Positions 9,713 through 18,392 of a DNA stretch of 32,000 nucleotides are shown here, in pieces. A model generated the notes under the pieces. The model ran no database searches and was not told the origin of the DNA. It saw only the letters and a list, made by a program, of their open reading frames with translations. Where the stretch lies: assembly GCF_000025945.1 (NCBI RefSeq), contig NC_006138.1:720001-752000 (forward strand). The letters are read 5' to 3'. The translations under genes and the position numbers were made by a program. The stretch comes from Desulfotalea psychrophila LSv54 (GTDB lineage: Bacteria; Desulfobacterota; Desulfobulbia; Desulfobulbales; Desulfocapsaceae). How positions within the stretch are numbered: the stretch's first letter is position 1; each line of letters starts with the position of its first letter.

Positions 9713-9746
9713 TCTTATGCTCTATGAAAGGTAAGCAGTCCAGTTC

Positions 9747-10211
9747 TTAGGTGGTGGGGCGGTGTCGTAGCTGTAATCCGACTAAAAAATTGCGTAAAAC
9801 CTGGTCACCACACTCTCGGTAGTGTTTATGGTCCGCCTTACGAAAAAGGGCACTGAGTTCATGCTTGCTAATATTGAACTCTGCCAGGGCCATAATCTCT
9901 ATCACATCCTCGGCCTTGAGGTTGAGGGCTATCTTCAGTTTCATGAAGATGGCGTTATTGTTTAAACGTTTTTCTATCTCTGGCTGTGCACCCTCTTTTT
10001 TTCCCCTTCTATAGTTGATAAAGCCATTAAGAAAGGCTGCCATCTCCCTGTCTTTACACTTTTTGAAGGCGGTGTCGTCATCTTTTAATAACCAACTGTG
10101 TATATCTTCTCGTGTTGTTACGAAGTCGGCTGCAGAAAAAATTTCTACCATTTTGGGGTCACTAAAATCAAAGGTGTAGCGAATTCGACGTAATATATCG
10201 TTGTTTGTCAT
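9747..10211 (-). CDS. DUF1456 (YehS-like) family protein
   Basis: MTNNDILRRIRYTFDFSD... is followed by a second internal repeat (NNNAIFMKLKIALNLKAEDVIEI). This matches the two-repeat DUF1456/YehS architecture from memory. The track start at 10235 is TTG, and I prefer ATG 10211. Confidence 0.75.
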   Translation of the reverse strand: MTNNDILRRIRYTFDFSDPKMVEIFSAADFVTTREDIHSWLLKDDDTAFKKCKDREMAAFLNGFINYRRGKKEGAQPEIEKRLNNNAIFMKLKIALNLKAEDVIEIMALAEFNISKHELSALFRKADHKHYRECGDQVLRNFLVGLQLRHRPTT

Positions 10212-10687
10212 AGGATTATTTTGGTTGAGTTGCAAACTATATATGATGGACCTTGCCTTTGGCTCGGCATCACGAGATCTCTAAGCGGTAATTCTCAGCC
10301 ATTATATCCTATCTGTTCTATATAACCCCCTATATTCGCAGGAGGGATAGAGGAAAAGTAGCAGGGCAGACACCAGGCTATCTCTTGCGGGAATCATTTG
10401 CCTATTGATTTTAAATAGCTACCATAAAAAGGGGGCCTAAATTCGCAGAGCAGGCCTCTATGCCTTTACTATTCCGGTGAGGAGTTATCGGTAAAGACCT
10501 GGGCGTATAGAAAAGTCGATAAAATATGGTCATAATTTACAGAACTGCCTTGCAGATAGAGGGGCTTATGGCTAGTGTATAATCTGTTTACTTATAAGAT
10601 ATTACTAACAAAGAGGTCACAATAGCGTTCCAGGCATCCACTGACATCTTTGCCCCTTACTGAAAATAACAAAAATAAAATAAATCT

Positions 10688-11605
10688 ATGTCATTTCCAG
10701 CCCTTATAGAAAAGGTACACCGCAGAGCTAATATTTTCTTTCCAAATGAGAGGTATACAGCTGAATTAATAGACGAAATGATAGATGTTGGTGATATATT
10801 TATTGAAGCCAAGGATATATTACCCTATCTGCATTCAGCCTTACTCGATGGGAAAATGGTTGAGGTGCAGTTGGATAATAATCCTCGGGTATTTTTCAGC
10901 CATCTTCACGATGATCCTCCTCCGCCCTTGGAACAAGAGGAACAAGAGGAACAAGAGGAACAAGAGGAGGCTGCTTATAAGGAGAACAGCTATCTTGAGA
11001 ATCTCTCTCATGTCATCATGTTTCCCGTAGAGCCTGGTATGGGGAACTATGCCCTGCGTTACAGCCGTTATGTTATTCTTCGTTTTTTTGTTTCGTTTTA
11101 TGCTGTTGAGGTTGCAGCAGAGTTTCAGGAGGTTGTCTATCAGGATGGAGTTCCTCTGTTTCGTCTGGGTTTTCCCTCCATAGGGCGTATTGTTCGCAAG
11201 GCCCGGGAATTTCGAGCTAAGGTAGCAAAAAAAATGGAGTTGATGTTGGTTGTTCAGGCAAGCAGTAAGCGCCCAACAATAGAAACCCGTATTATTGATA
11301 TCAGTGCCGGGGGTGTTAGTTTTTTTCTTTCCCGTCTAGAACAGAAAAGGATCAAAGTTGATGATGTGTTGCGACTAAAGGTCTATCTGGATCAGAAATT
11401 ATTGCTCAGCATAGGGGGGAGGGTGAGACATCTCTCCAAGATAAGAACCGGCAGTGGGGTGGAGTTCATCTGTGGCTTTCAGTTTGATTTAGCAAATAGA
11501 ACAGTTGCAAGCTCTGTTGAAGCGCTGGTTGCTCAGGTGCAGCGTGTTCATCTACATGAACTGGCAGATAAATCTGCCGAGTATGGGTTTTCTGTCCTGG
11601 CCTAG
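10688..11605 (+). CDS. PilZ-domain-like protein with an acidic EQE-repeat linker (possible c-di-GMP effector)
   Basis: 305 aa. The C-terminal part has RKAREFRAKV followed ~30 aa later by RIIDISAGGVSFF (the DxSxxG half of the PilZ motif). The RxxxR half is not canonical. The N-terminal ~170 aa are unassigned. Confidence 0.55.
   Translation: MSFPALIEKVHRRANIFFPNERYTAELIDEMIDVGDIFIEAKDILPYLHSALLDGKMVEVQLDNNPRVFFSHLHDDPPPPLEQEEQEEQEEQEEAAYKENSYLENLSHVIMFPVEPGMGNYALRYSRYVILRFFVSFYAVEVAAEFQEVVYQDGVPLFRLGFPSIGRIVRKAREFRAKVAKKMELMLVVQASSKRPTIETRIIDISAGGVSFFLSRLEQKRIKVDDVLRLKVYLDQKLLLSIGGRVRHLSKIRTGSGVEFICGFQFDLANRTVASSVEALVAQVQRVHLHELADKSAEYGFSVLA
10931..10968 (+). repeat. in-frame 9-bp tandem repeat (gaacaagag) x4 plus a partial unit
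   Basis: Read directly as gaacaagag x4. It encodes EQEEQEEQEEQEE inside the PilZ-like CDS. Confidence 0.95.
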
Positions 11606-12613
11606 GAATCTGTCGGTTTTGTGGCAGCAGATTTGGCAGGTAATCGCTGTTGCATTGTCTGTCCGGTACTTGGAGGAAACTCCGGGCATTTATGTTCTTG
11701 AGCGGCCGGGAACATGCTATCCAGATATTTATTGTGCTTTATTCTGCTTGTAGCCACATAGCTAGTTATACCAACTCGATCAAGAAGCTCATAGTTAGGC
11801 TCACTAAAATAACAGGTATCTGCAGGTAACACCGATATTTTTTTCTAAAGCGATGTAATTCCTCAATTGCTAGCCCGCTTGGAAGCGGTGCTGTGGGTGG
11901 TTTTTCTGGCGGTTTACTCCCTGTTTATTCTCTTTTTATTTTCGTCTTACCAATTTTTCTGCATACGCCTTTTGCTCTTTAACATGGCTGGCAGATGCAC
12001 GAGCCTCTATCTCTATTTTAGCTTATCTGATTTTTTCAAGACGATCCTCGCGTCTGGCAATCTGCTGTTGTCACTCTCTTCTGTTTTATTCAGCAATATT
12101 TCAATTTTTGTTTGTAACTGCTTTTCAAGTTGACAGGCTCGCCCATAACTAAGAGCCCTATCTTTTGAAGCATTAGATTTGACCTTGCTTCCATCAAGGC
12201 TGACACCATCAAAGCGAAGAACTTCCATTTCATGAGCTATATAAATAATCAGGACAAAAAAAAATTTGTAAATGAGGGAGAGAGGGATGTCTGCAGGAGG
12301 CTATAGTGTCGTGCCGGGATGACAGTTGCCCGTGATATATCGAAAATCAACAGAGTCATAAGTGACTTTTACAATTTTACAATGGCAAAACATTCCTGTC
12401 GCATATCCGTAGAACAAAAGAAGGGCTGTCGTCATTTCTTGGTTATATATTTTACTGTTTTGACCGATATATTAATTCTTAATTGCAGAAAGAGTCAATG
12501 GTCAGGCAGGAGTGCTGAGGAACCAAATTCATTGTTGAGAATTTTGCTGGCCTGTCCGCCTGGCCTGCCTGAAGTAGGGCATTGCCCTTTCCAAGTAGAG
12601 ATCTTTCGGTCAT
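11602..12613 (-). pseudogene. decayed IS1182/IS5-like DDE transposase relic (stops, frameshifts, internal deletions, no intact ends seen)
   Basis: Minus-strand fragments are colinear with IS1182-type transposases, recalled from memory. In order they are NLVPQHSCLTIDSF (like LIPEDHPVRFID.F), EMTTALLLFYGYATGMF...YDSVDFRYITGNCHPGTTL*, LDGSKVKSNASKDRALSYGR, and PADTCYFSEPNYELLDRVGITSYVATSRIKH (like DAGYFSEEN...YIA). They lie in different frames and are separated by stops. Confidence 0.7.
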
Positions 12614-12848
12614 TTTCTGCTGTCTTCTTTGGGAGAAGATATTAATATTGAGTACTTTTTTTGCCTTCTTGCAAGATATTAAAACTCTAGGTACATATAT
12701 ATTGTAAACTTTGTTGTAATGAAATTTTTTTATGGCGAGGCGCTGTTGAAGGAAAGTATCTTTATGGCAGAACTTTTTAATTTTAAATATAGATTAAGAC
12801 CTTGCGCGATGTCTATAGACTCTACAGGGGCAGACAAGAGAGGGACTT

Positions 12849-13616
12849 TTGAATAAAAATGCTATGCAATTAAATAGTTATAGGGCTGAGCCATTTCAGT
12901 TTCGGGCACGTCGTCATACCATGATGGTTTTGTATCTGCTTGAGCCAGATCATCCTGATTTTATAGAAATGTTACAAAACAAGATTGAGCGAGCAAGGAA
13001 TTTTTTTGATCATGCTCCGGTCATTGTTGATTTAGGTGGATTTGTTGGTAAAGAGATATCGGTAACGATCAAAGAAATTTTTATATTACTTCGACGTGCC
13101 GGTTTGATCCCCTTGGGGGTTCAAGGTGGAGATGCTCAGCTGCAGGGGGAGGCGGCAGGTTTTTCTATTCCTGTTGTTCCTGAGCTAGGAAGAAGGTGCG
13201 ATGGGCAGGCTCTGACTGAGATTCTCCTGCAACCACCTGAGATAGCTGATTCGGTGGTAGAGGATGTTGCGCCCCTGGAGGCTGTATCTCCAACAACCCT
13301 GTTGATAACGAGCCCTATTCGTTCCGGACAAAGAGTATATGCCGAAGGTGGAGACCTTATCTGCACAGCAACTGTTTCAGCTGGTGCTGAGGTCCTTGCC
13401 GATGGCAATGTTCATGTTTATGCCCCTCTGCGAGGCCGTGTTTATGCGGGGGTGAAGGGGGATATCAAGGCGGGTATTTTTTGTAAATCCCTTGAGGCGG
13501 AATTTGTTTCAATTGCTGGCAATTATAAGGTCAGTGATCAGTTTGATGAAAATATCCGTAAAAAGAGTGTGCATATTTTTTTGCAGAAAGAGAGACTATT
13601 ATTAAATATCCTGTGA
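12849..13616 (+). CDS. minC: septum site-determining protein MinC
   Basis: The C-terminal beta-helix block RSGQRVYAEGGDLICTATVSAGAEVLADGNVHVYAPLRGRVYAG is classic MinC. It sits directly upstream of minD and minE. The start is TTG 12849 (AGAGGGA upstream) or ATG 12864. Confidence 0.88.
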   Translation: MNKNAMQLNSYRAEPFQFRARRHTMMVLYLLEPDHPDFIEMLQNKIERARNFFDHAPVIVDLGGFVGKEISVTIKEIFILLRRAGLIPLGVQGGDAQLQGEAAGFSIPVVPELGRRCDGQALTEILLQPPEIADSVVEDVAPLEAVSPTTLLITSPIRSGQRVYAEGGDLICTATVSAGAEVLADGNVHVYAPLRGRVYAGVKGDIKAGIFCKSLEAEFVSIAGNYKVSDQFDENIRKKSVHIFLQKERLLLNIL

Positions 13617-13660
13617 TCTTTTTATGAAGATGAAATGGGAGTTATAGAAGGAGAGGAGCA

Positions 13661-14476
13661 ATGGCTAAAATTATTACTGTGACATCGGGTAAGGGTGGTG
13701 TTGGCAAGACAACCTCCAGTGCGGCAATTGCCACGGGCCTGGCCTTGCTGGGCTATAGAACAGTTGTTGTTGATTTTGATGTAGGTTTGCGTAATCTCGA
13801 TCTGGTGATGGGCTGTGAGCGACGGGTGGTTTTTGACTTTATCAATGTCCTCCGGGGTGAGGCAACCATTAACCAGGCACTGATTAAGGACAGACAGGTA
13901 GATAATCTTTATATTTTTCCAACTTCTCAGACCAGGGATAAGGATGCCCTGGATAAGGAAGGGGTTGGACGTATATTCGAAGAGCTGAAAAAGGATTTTG
14001 ATTATATTATCTGTGATTCTCCGGCCGGTATTGAAAAGGGAGCCCTGCTTGCCCTGTATTACGCCGATGAGGCTATTATTGTAACCAACCCTGAAGTATC
14101 TTCGGTACGTGATTCAGACCGTATTTTAGGGGTGCTTGCCTCTCGTAGTTTGCGAGCAGAGCAGAATCTTGAGCCTGTAAAGCACCATCTGATTCTTGCC
14201 CGTTATGATGCCGTCAGGGTTCAAAGTGGCGAAATGCTTACCCTGGAAGATGTTCTTGATATTCTTGCTATTCCACTTATTGGCGTAGTTCCTGAATCAA
14301 AGGCTGTTTTGCGGGCATCTAATGTTGGCAGGCCTGTAATCCTTGACGGGGAAAGCGACGCGGGCCAAGCCTATGAAGATGCCGTTGCCCGTTTCCTTGG
14401 CGAAGAGCGATCAATGCGTTTTTTGACAACGCCCCCGAAAAATTTCTTTAACAGGTTATTTGGGGGGGACTCATGA
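13661..14476 (+). CDS. minD: septum site-determining ATPase MinD
   Basis: MAKIITVTSGKGGVGKTT carries the deviant Walker A motif. Full-length MinD similarity continues to a C-terminal amphipathic tail (FFNRLFG). Confidence 0.95.
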   Translation: MAKIITVTSGKGGVGKTTSSAAIATGLALLGYRTVVVDFDVGLRNLDLVMGCERRVVFDFINVLRGEATINQALIKDRQVDNLYIFPTSQTRDKDALDKEGVGRIFEELKKDFDYIICDSPAGIEKGALLALYYADEAIIVTNPEVSSVRDSDRILGVLASRSLRAEQNLEPVKHHLILARYDAVRVQSGEMLTLEDVLDILAIPLIGVVPESKAVLRASNVGRPVILDGESDAGQAYEDAVARFLGEERSMRFLTTPPKNFFNRLFGGDS

Positions 14477-14727
14477 GCCTCTTTAGCTTTTTTAAAAATG
14501 AAGAGAAACCGTCTTCTGCGGCCAGAGCCAAGGAACGACTTCAGGTGGTTATAGCCCATGAACGCGGGGCTGTGGAAAGGCCGGATTATCTTCCCCAGTT
14601 ACAGAGAGATCTGTTGGAAGTAATTAAAAAATATGTTGATATTTCAGAGGACAAACTGGATATCAAGGTAGACTGTATTGGTGGACTATCAACCTTGGAG
14701 GTGAATGTGGAGCTGCCGGATAGTTAA
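14473..14727 (+). CDS. minE: cell division topological specificity factor MinE
   Basis: 84 aa. The ATGA overlaps the minD stop. The sequence FFKNEEKPSSAARAKERLQVVIAHER is the conserved MinE N-terminus. Confidence 0.92.
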   Translation: MSLFSFFKNEEKPSSAARAKERLQVVIAHERGAVERPDYLPQLQRDLLEVIKKYVDISEDKLDIKVDCIGGLSTLEVNVELPDS

Positions 14728-14765
14728 TGTTAGTATGGCTGTTTCCCAGGTGTGATGACAGGGCA

Positions 14766-15962
14766 TCACATCTCATGCTTGTCCCCTGGCAGGGTTTTAT
14801 TTAAGAGCAGATAGCCAAGCAGTCCGGAGAAAAGTGAACCCATAATAATTCCCAGTCGTTCATCAAATATGAGTCCTGTGATAGCCTGATCAAAGGCCAG
14901 GGAACCCACGAAGAGACTCATGGTGAATCCTATTCCTGCCAGAGCTGACATGCCTGTAACCGTAGACCAGTTAAGATCAACGGGGAGTTTGGTGAGGCGG
15001 AGTTGCACCCCCACCCAGAGAAAAGAAATAATTCCCAGGGGTTTACCTATAAAGAGACCCAGGGCAATACCCATTGGCACGGCATGGGTGAAAAAATCCA
15101 TGCTTATATTGGTGAGGTTGATGCCTGAATTTGCAAAGGCAAAAATGGGTAGAATAATGAAGGTTGCGGTGCCTTGCAGGTCGTGTTCAAGGTTTTTCAG
15201 AGGCGACTGCCCAGGGTGTTTCCGAGAATACATGGGGATGAACATGGCAAGGATTACGCCAGCAAGGGTTGCGTGTACACCTGATTTGAGCATGGCAATC
15301 CACATGATTGAGCCGATGAATATATAAACAGTGGTGCGCTCCACCTTGCATCTGTTGACAATAAAGAGGATGAGCATACAGAGAAGGGCGATCAGGAGGC
15401 CGGGAAGATAGATATCATTGGTGTAAAAACAGGCAATGATAAGAATGGCTCCAATATCATCAAAGATGGCAAGCGTGGTAAGTAGTATCTTGAGGCTTGT
15501 GGGCACCCGTGAACCAAGAAGAGAGAGGATACCAAGGGCAAAGGCGATATCTGTGGCGGCAGGAATGGCCCAGCCCCTTAGGGCAACGGGATCCTGATAG
15601 TTGAAGGCAAGGTAGATACAGGAGGGTACCACCATTCCTCCCAGGGCACCGATGGCCGGGAGAATAATATTACTCCGCTGGGAGAGACCTCCTTCAAATA
15701 TCTCTCTTTTAAGTTCTAAACCCACCAGAAAAAAGAAACCTGCCATGAGTCCATCGTTTATCCATAGCAGAAGTGGCTTGGCAATTTCCAGTGGCCCGAA
15801 GCGTACCTCCACCGGAGTGGTGATCAGCATACTGTAGAGGTAGTGGCCTGGGGAGTTTGCCATGATAAGGGCAAGAGCGGTTGCAAGCATAAGAAGTATG
15901 CCGCCTATGGAGTTGCTCTTTAATAGAGCGAAGACGGATTTTTTTTCTTTTTGTGTTCCCAT
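14766..15962 (-). CDS. nhaA: Na+/H+ antiporter NhaA
   Basis: Motifs FFFLVGLELKRE and IFDDIGAI (paired Asp) are present, with ~12 TM segments. The track start at 16100 adds 46 non-homologous residues. I prefer ATG 15962 (MGTQKEKKSVFALLK...). Confidence 0.9.
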   Translation of the reverse strand: MGTQKEKKSVFALLKSNSIGGILLMLATALALIMANSPGHYLYSMLITTPVEVRFGPLEIAKPLLLWINDGLMAGFFFLVGLELKREIFEGGLSQRSNIILPAIGALGGMVVPSCIYLAFNYQDPVALRGWAIPAATDIAFALGILSLLGSRVPTSLKILLTTLAIFDDIGAILIIACFYTNDIYLPGLLIALLCMLILFIVNRCKVERTTVYIFIGSIMWIAMLKSGVHATLAGVILAMFIPMYSRKHPGQSPLKNLEHDLQGTATFIILPIFAFANSGINLTNISMDFFTHAVPMGIALGLFIGKPLGIISFLWVGVQLRLTKLPVDLNWSTVTGMSALAGIGFTMSLFVGSLAFDQAITGLIFDERLGIIMGSLFSGLLGYLLLNKTLPGDKHEM

Positions 15963-16139
15963 GGTGTCCTGTTGGCGGAGTTTAAATAAGGGAGGAATCC
16001 TTCCTTGCTTTTTTTCTGTCTCTCTTGTAGACGCTTGAGAGAAGGGAAGAAGATTAATCCCTTTTAATGAAAACTTATCGTAGGTAAAATTAAAAAGCAA
16101 GAAATTGACGGAGCTTATCCGTCTAGCGGAGATTATATT

Positions 16140-16508
16140 ATGATGATAAATAGAGGCGCAGTTTTATTACGATATAAGCAACCTATGGTTGATTGGGTAA
16201 ACAGCACTCACCCTGCAGATGAAGAGCAGGAGGTTTTAACCATGGCGGCTCTTAATGCCGACAGAACTATTTTCCTGGTTGACGATCGCGATGTTGAGGA
16301 GCTCGATCAGTGGCTTGCCCTGAATTTCGTTCAGCTTTTTGAGACTGAGCTTGAGGATTGGTCTGAGGATCAGAAATTGTGGCCAGCACCTCTTGATATG
16401 GAGACATTTTTGAACTGGTTTGAGGTGGAGTGTCATGGCCTTATTATTGATACTGTTGGTGCCCCAATTGTTGCCATGGACGAGTTCATGGATGATGTAG
16501 CCGAGTAA
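16140..16508 (+). CDS. hypothetical small acidic protein
   Basis: 122-aa ORF with GGAGA 7 nt upstream of the ATG. It lies divergent from nhaA and 21 nt upstream of the EamA gene. I recognise no family. Confidence 0.55.
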   Translation: MMINRGAVLLRYKQPMVDWVNSTHPADEEQEVLTMAALNADRTIFLVDDRDVEELDQWLALNFVQLFETELEDWSEDQKLWPAPLDMETFLNWFEVECHGLIIDTVGAPIVAMDEFMDDVAE

Positions 16509-16529
16509 TATCTGTAAGAAGAGAGAAAG

Positions 16530-17426
16530 ATGAGCCGTTTGCAAGCTAATTTACTCCTGAGCCTTGCTGCTCTGATTTGGGGAAGTAGTTTTGTTGTTCA
16601 GCAGATAGGTACGGGGAATTTGGATGCCGCCTCTTTTACGGGAGCTCGCTTTTTGCTTGGCTCCCTGGTGGTTCTGCCCTTTGCCCTTAGGCAATTTTTG
16701 CATGTTCAAAGGGAGGTCAGGGCCTTTACGTTGAGGGACGGGTTGGGAATTGCCCTTACCGGGTCTGTCCTCTGTGTTGCTGCCGCCCTGCAGCAGTACG
16801 GTATTCTTCGTACCACGGTGACAAATTCAGGTTTTTTAACGGCCCTATACGTACCCATGGTGCCTATTTTGGCCCTATTGGTTTTTCGTAAAAAACCTCA
16901 TTGGTCTGCCTGGCCAGCCTCCATATGTTGTTTTGTGGGTACCTATATTATGAGCGGAGCTCAGAATGTGGTGCTTGCCAGCGGCGATTTGTGGGTAATT
17001 TCCAGTACCATCTTTTGGGCCAGTCATGTGCTTCTTATTGGTATTATGGTGCAAAAAACTGAGGCACCTCTGGTTGTGGCCTGCGGGCAATTTTTTATCT
17101 GTGGAATTTTAGGCCTTTTTTTGGGACAATATTTAGAGTCTCCAGATCTGAATGTCTTTGCCGGAGCCTTAACGGGGATACTCTGTATGGGCTTTTTTTC
17201 TGTTGCCCTTGCCTTTACCTTTCAGGTTATTGGTCAACGCTATACTCCGGCCCCGGATGCGGCTATTATTTTAAGTTCGGAGACGGTCTTTGCCGCCCTC
17301 TGTGGCGCAATTTTTCTTGGTGAGCGGGTCTCGGATTTTCAGCTCGCCGGTGGTCTGTTGATTTTTGGGGGGATTATTGCTGTTGAGATTCTGCCAATGT
17401 TGAAAACAGCCAGGATTTTGTCGTAA
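16530..17426 (+). CDS. DMT-superfamily (EamA-like) transporter
   Basis: 298 aa with about 10 hydrophobic segments in a two-fold repeat. The N-terminus LLSLAALIWGSSFVVQQIG is typical of EamA. Confidence 0.85.
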   Translation: MSRLQANLLLSLAALIWGSSFVVQQIGTGNLDAASFTGARFLLGSLVVLPFALRQFLHVQREVRAFTLRDGLGIALTGSVLCVAAALQQYGILRTTVTNSGFLTALYVPMVPILALLVFRKKPHWSAWPASICCFVGTYIMSGAQNVVLASGDLWVISSTIFWASHVLLIGIMVQKTEAPLVVACGQFFICGILGLFLGQYLESPDLNVFAGALTGILCMGFFSVALAFTFQVIGQRYTPAPDAAIILSSETVFAALCGAIFLGERVSDFQLAGGLLIFGGIIAVEILPMLKTARILS

Positions 17427-17621
17427 AATTGGGGATAAAACTGCTTTACAGATGAAAAAAAGAAGGAAACTTCTTGCAATGTCATTTGAAAATAGGTAAC
17501 AAAGCGCATACAAAAACGTAGATGTTTTGCCAAGTGCGCTAAATGTCGTTGTTTGGAGGTGTTTTTTGGCCATTGACAATACGTTGTAAATAATAGAACT
17601 ATTTTCCTTTAGGAGGTTGTT

Positions 17622-18248
17622 ATGTCCCTGCATATTGCAGATCATCCTCTGGTAAAGCATAAGCTTGGTCTTATGCGCCAAAATGATATTTCCACAAAAG
17701 ATTTTCGTGCTCTAGCCTCTGAGATTGCCAGGCTTTTGACTTATGAAGCTGTGAAGGATCTTCCCACCGAAAAACATATTGTTGACGGTTGGGCCGGTCC
17801 CGTTGAAGTCGATAGACTGAAGGGTAAAAAGATTACCATTGTACCGATTCTTCGTGCCGGACTTGGTATGATGGACGGTGTTATTGATCTCATCCCTTCT
17901 GCAAAGGTTACTGTTGTAGGCTTCTATCGGGATGAAGAGACTCTTGAGCCCGTTGAGTACTATGTGAAAACAGCCAGTGAGATGAGTGAGCGCGTTGCCC
18001 TCATTATTGATCCTATGCTTGCAACTGGTGGAACCCTTATTGCAACCATTGACACCCTTAAGAAGGCTGGTAGCAAGAAGATCAAGGGACTTTTCCTGGT
18101 AGCTGCCCCTGAGGGTATCAAAAAGGTTCAAGATGCCCATCCAGATGTAGAGATCTATGTGGCTGCGGTTGATGAACGGCTTAATGAGGCAGGTTACATC
18201 CTGCCTGGCCTCGGTGATGCCGGGGATAAGATATTTGGTACCAGATAG
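17622..18248 (+). CDS. upp: uracil phosphoribosyltransferase
   Basis: 208 aa. [12 protein letters not shown] is present, along with the PRPP loop [11 protein letters not shown] and the C-terminal [22 protein letters not shown] sits upstream of the ATG. Confidence 0.95.
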   Translation: MSLHIADHPLVKHKLGLMRQNDISTKDFRALASEIARLLTYEAVKDLPTEKHIVDGWAGPVEVDRLKGKKITIVPILRAGLGMMDGVIDLIPSAKVTVVGFYRDEETLEPVEYYVKTASEMSERVALIIDPMLATGGTLIATIDTLKKAGSKKIKGLFLVAAPEGIKKVQDAHPDVEIYVAAVDERLNEAGYILPGLGDAGDKIFGTR

Positions 18249-18254
18249 TTTGTT

Positions 18255-18288
18255 TGGTCATTGCCGAAAGGCAATGACCATTTTTTTT
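18255..18288 (+). terminator. rho-independent terminator of upp
   Basis: 11-bp stem tggtcattgcc / ggcaatgacca with a gaaa loop, followed by 8 T. Confidence 0.85.
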
Positions 18289-18392
18289 GTGCATTTATTA
18301 GGTGGAGAAGGACATGTGCTGTTCTTCCTTTTTTTTAAGAGTCCTGGCATCTTGCTGCGACTCTGTTTTTATGTAAGGTAGGAGTGGTTCAT

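Noticed and set aside
10340-10480. c-di-GMP (GEMM-I) riboswitch upstream of the PilZ-like gene
   Set aside because: Only loose similarity exists (cagggcagacacc vs cagggcaaacca, and cgcagagcaggcc vs acgcaaagcc). The two blocks are ~75 nt apart rather than ~20 nt, and the expected paired hairpins do not form.
15963-16100. N-terminal extensions implied by the ORF track (nhaA 16100, cimA 6790, DUF1456 10235, transketolase-like 19800, DUF2293 21800)
   Set aside because: The extensions start at non-ATG or poorly placed codons, add residues absent from the conserved family N-termini, and lack an RBS. Internal ATGs with a Shine-Dalgarno sequence fit better.
17427-18383. PyrR-binding attenuator in the upp and permease leaders, and a purine riboswitch or PurR box at 22505-22878
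   Set aside because: I found no ARUCCAGAGAGG-type loop and no U/A-rich three-way-junction purine aptamer core. The tgcgtttacgattttcgca segment at 22596-22614 is palindromic only in its outer 4 nt.
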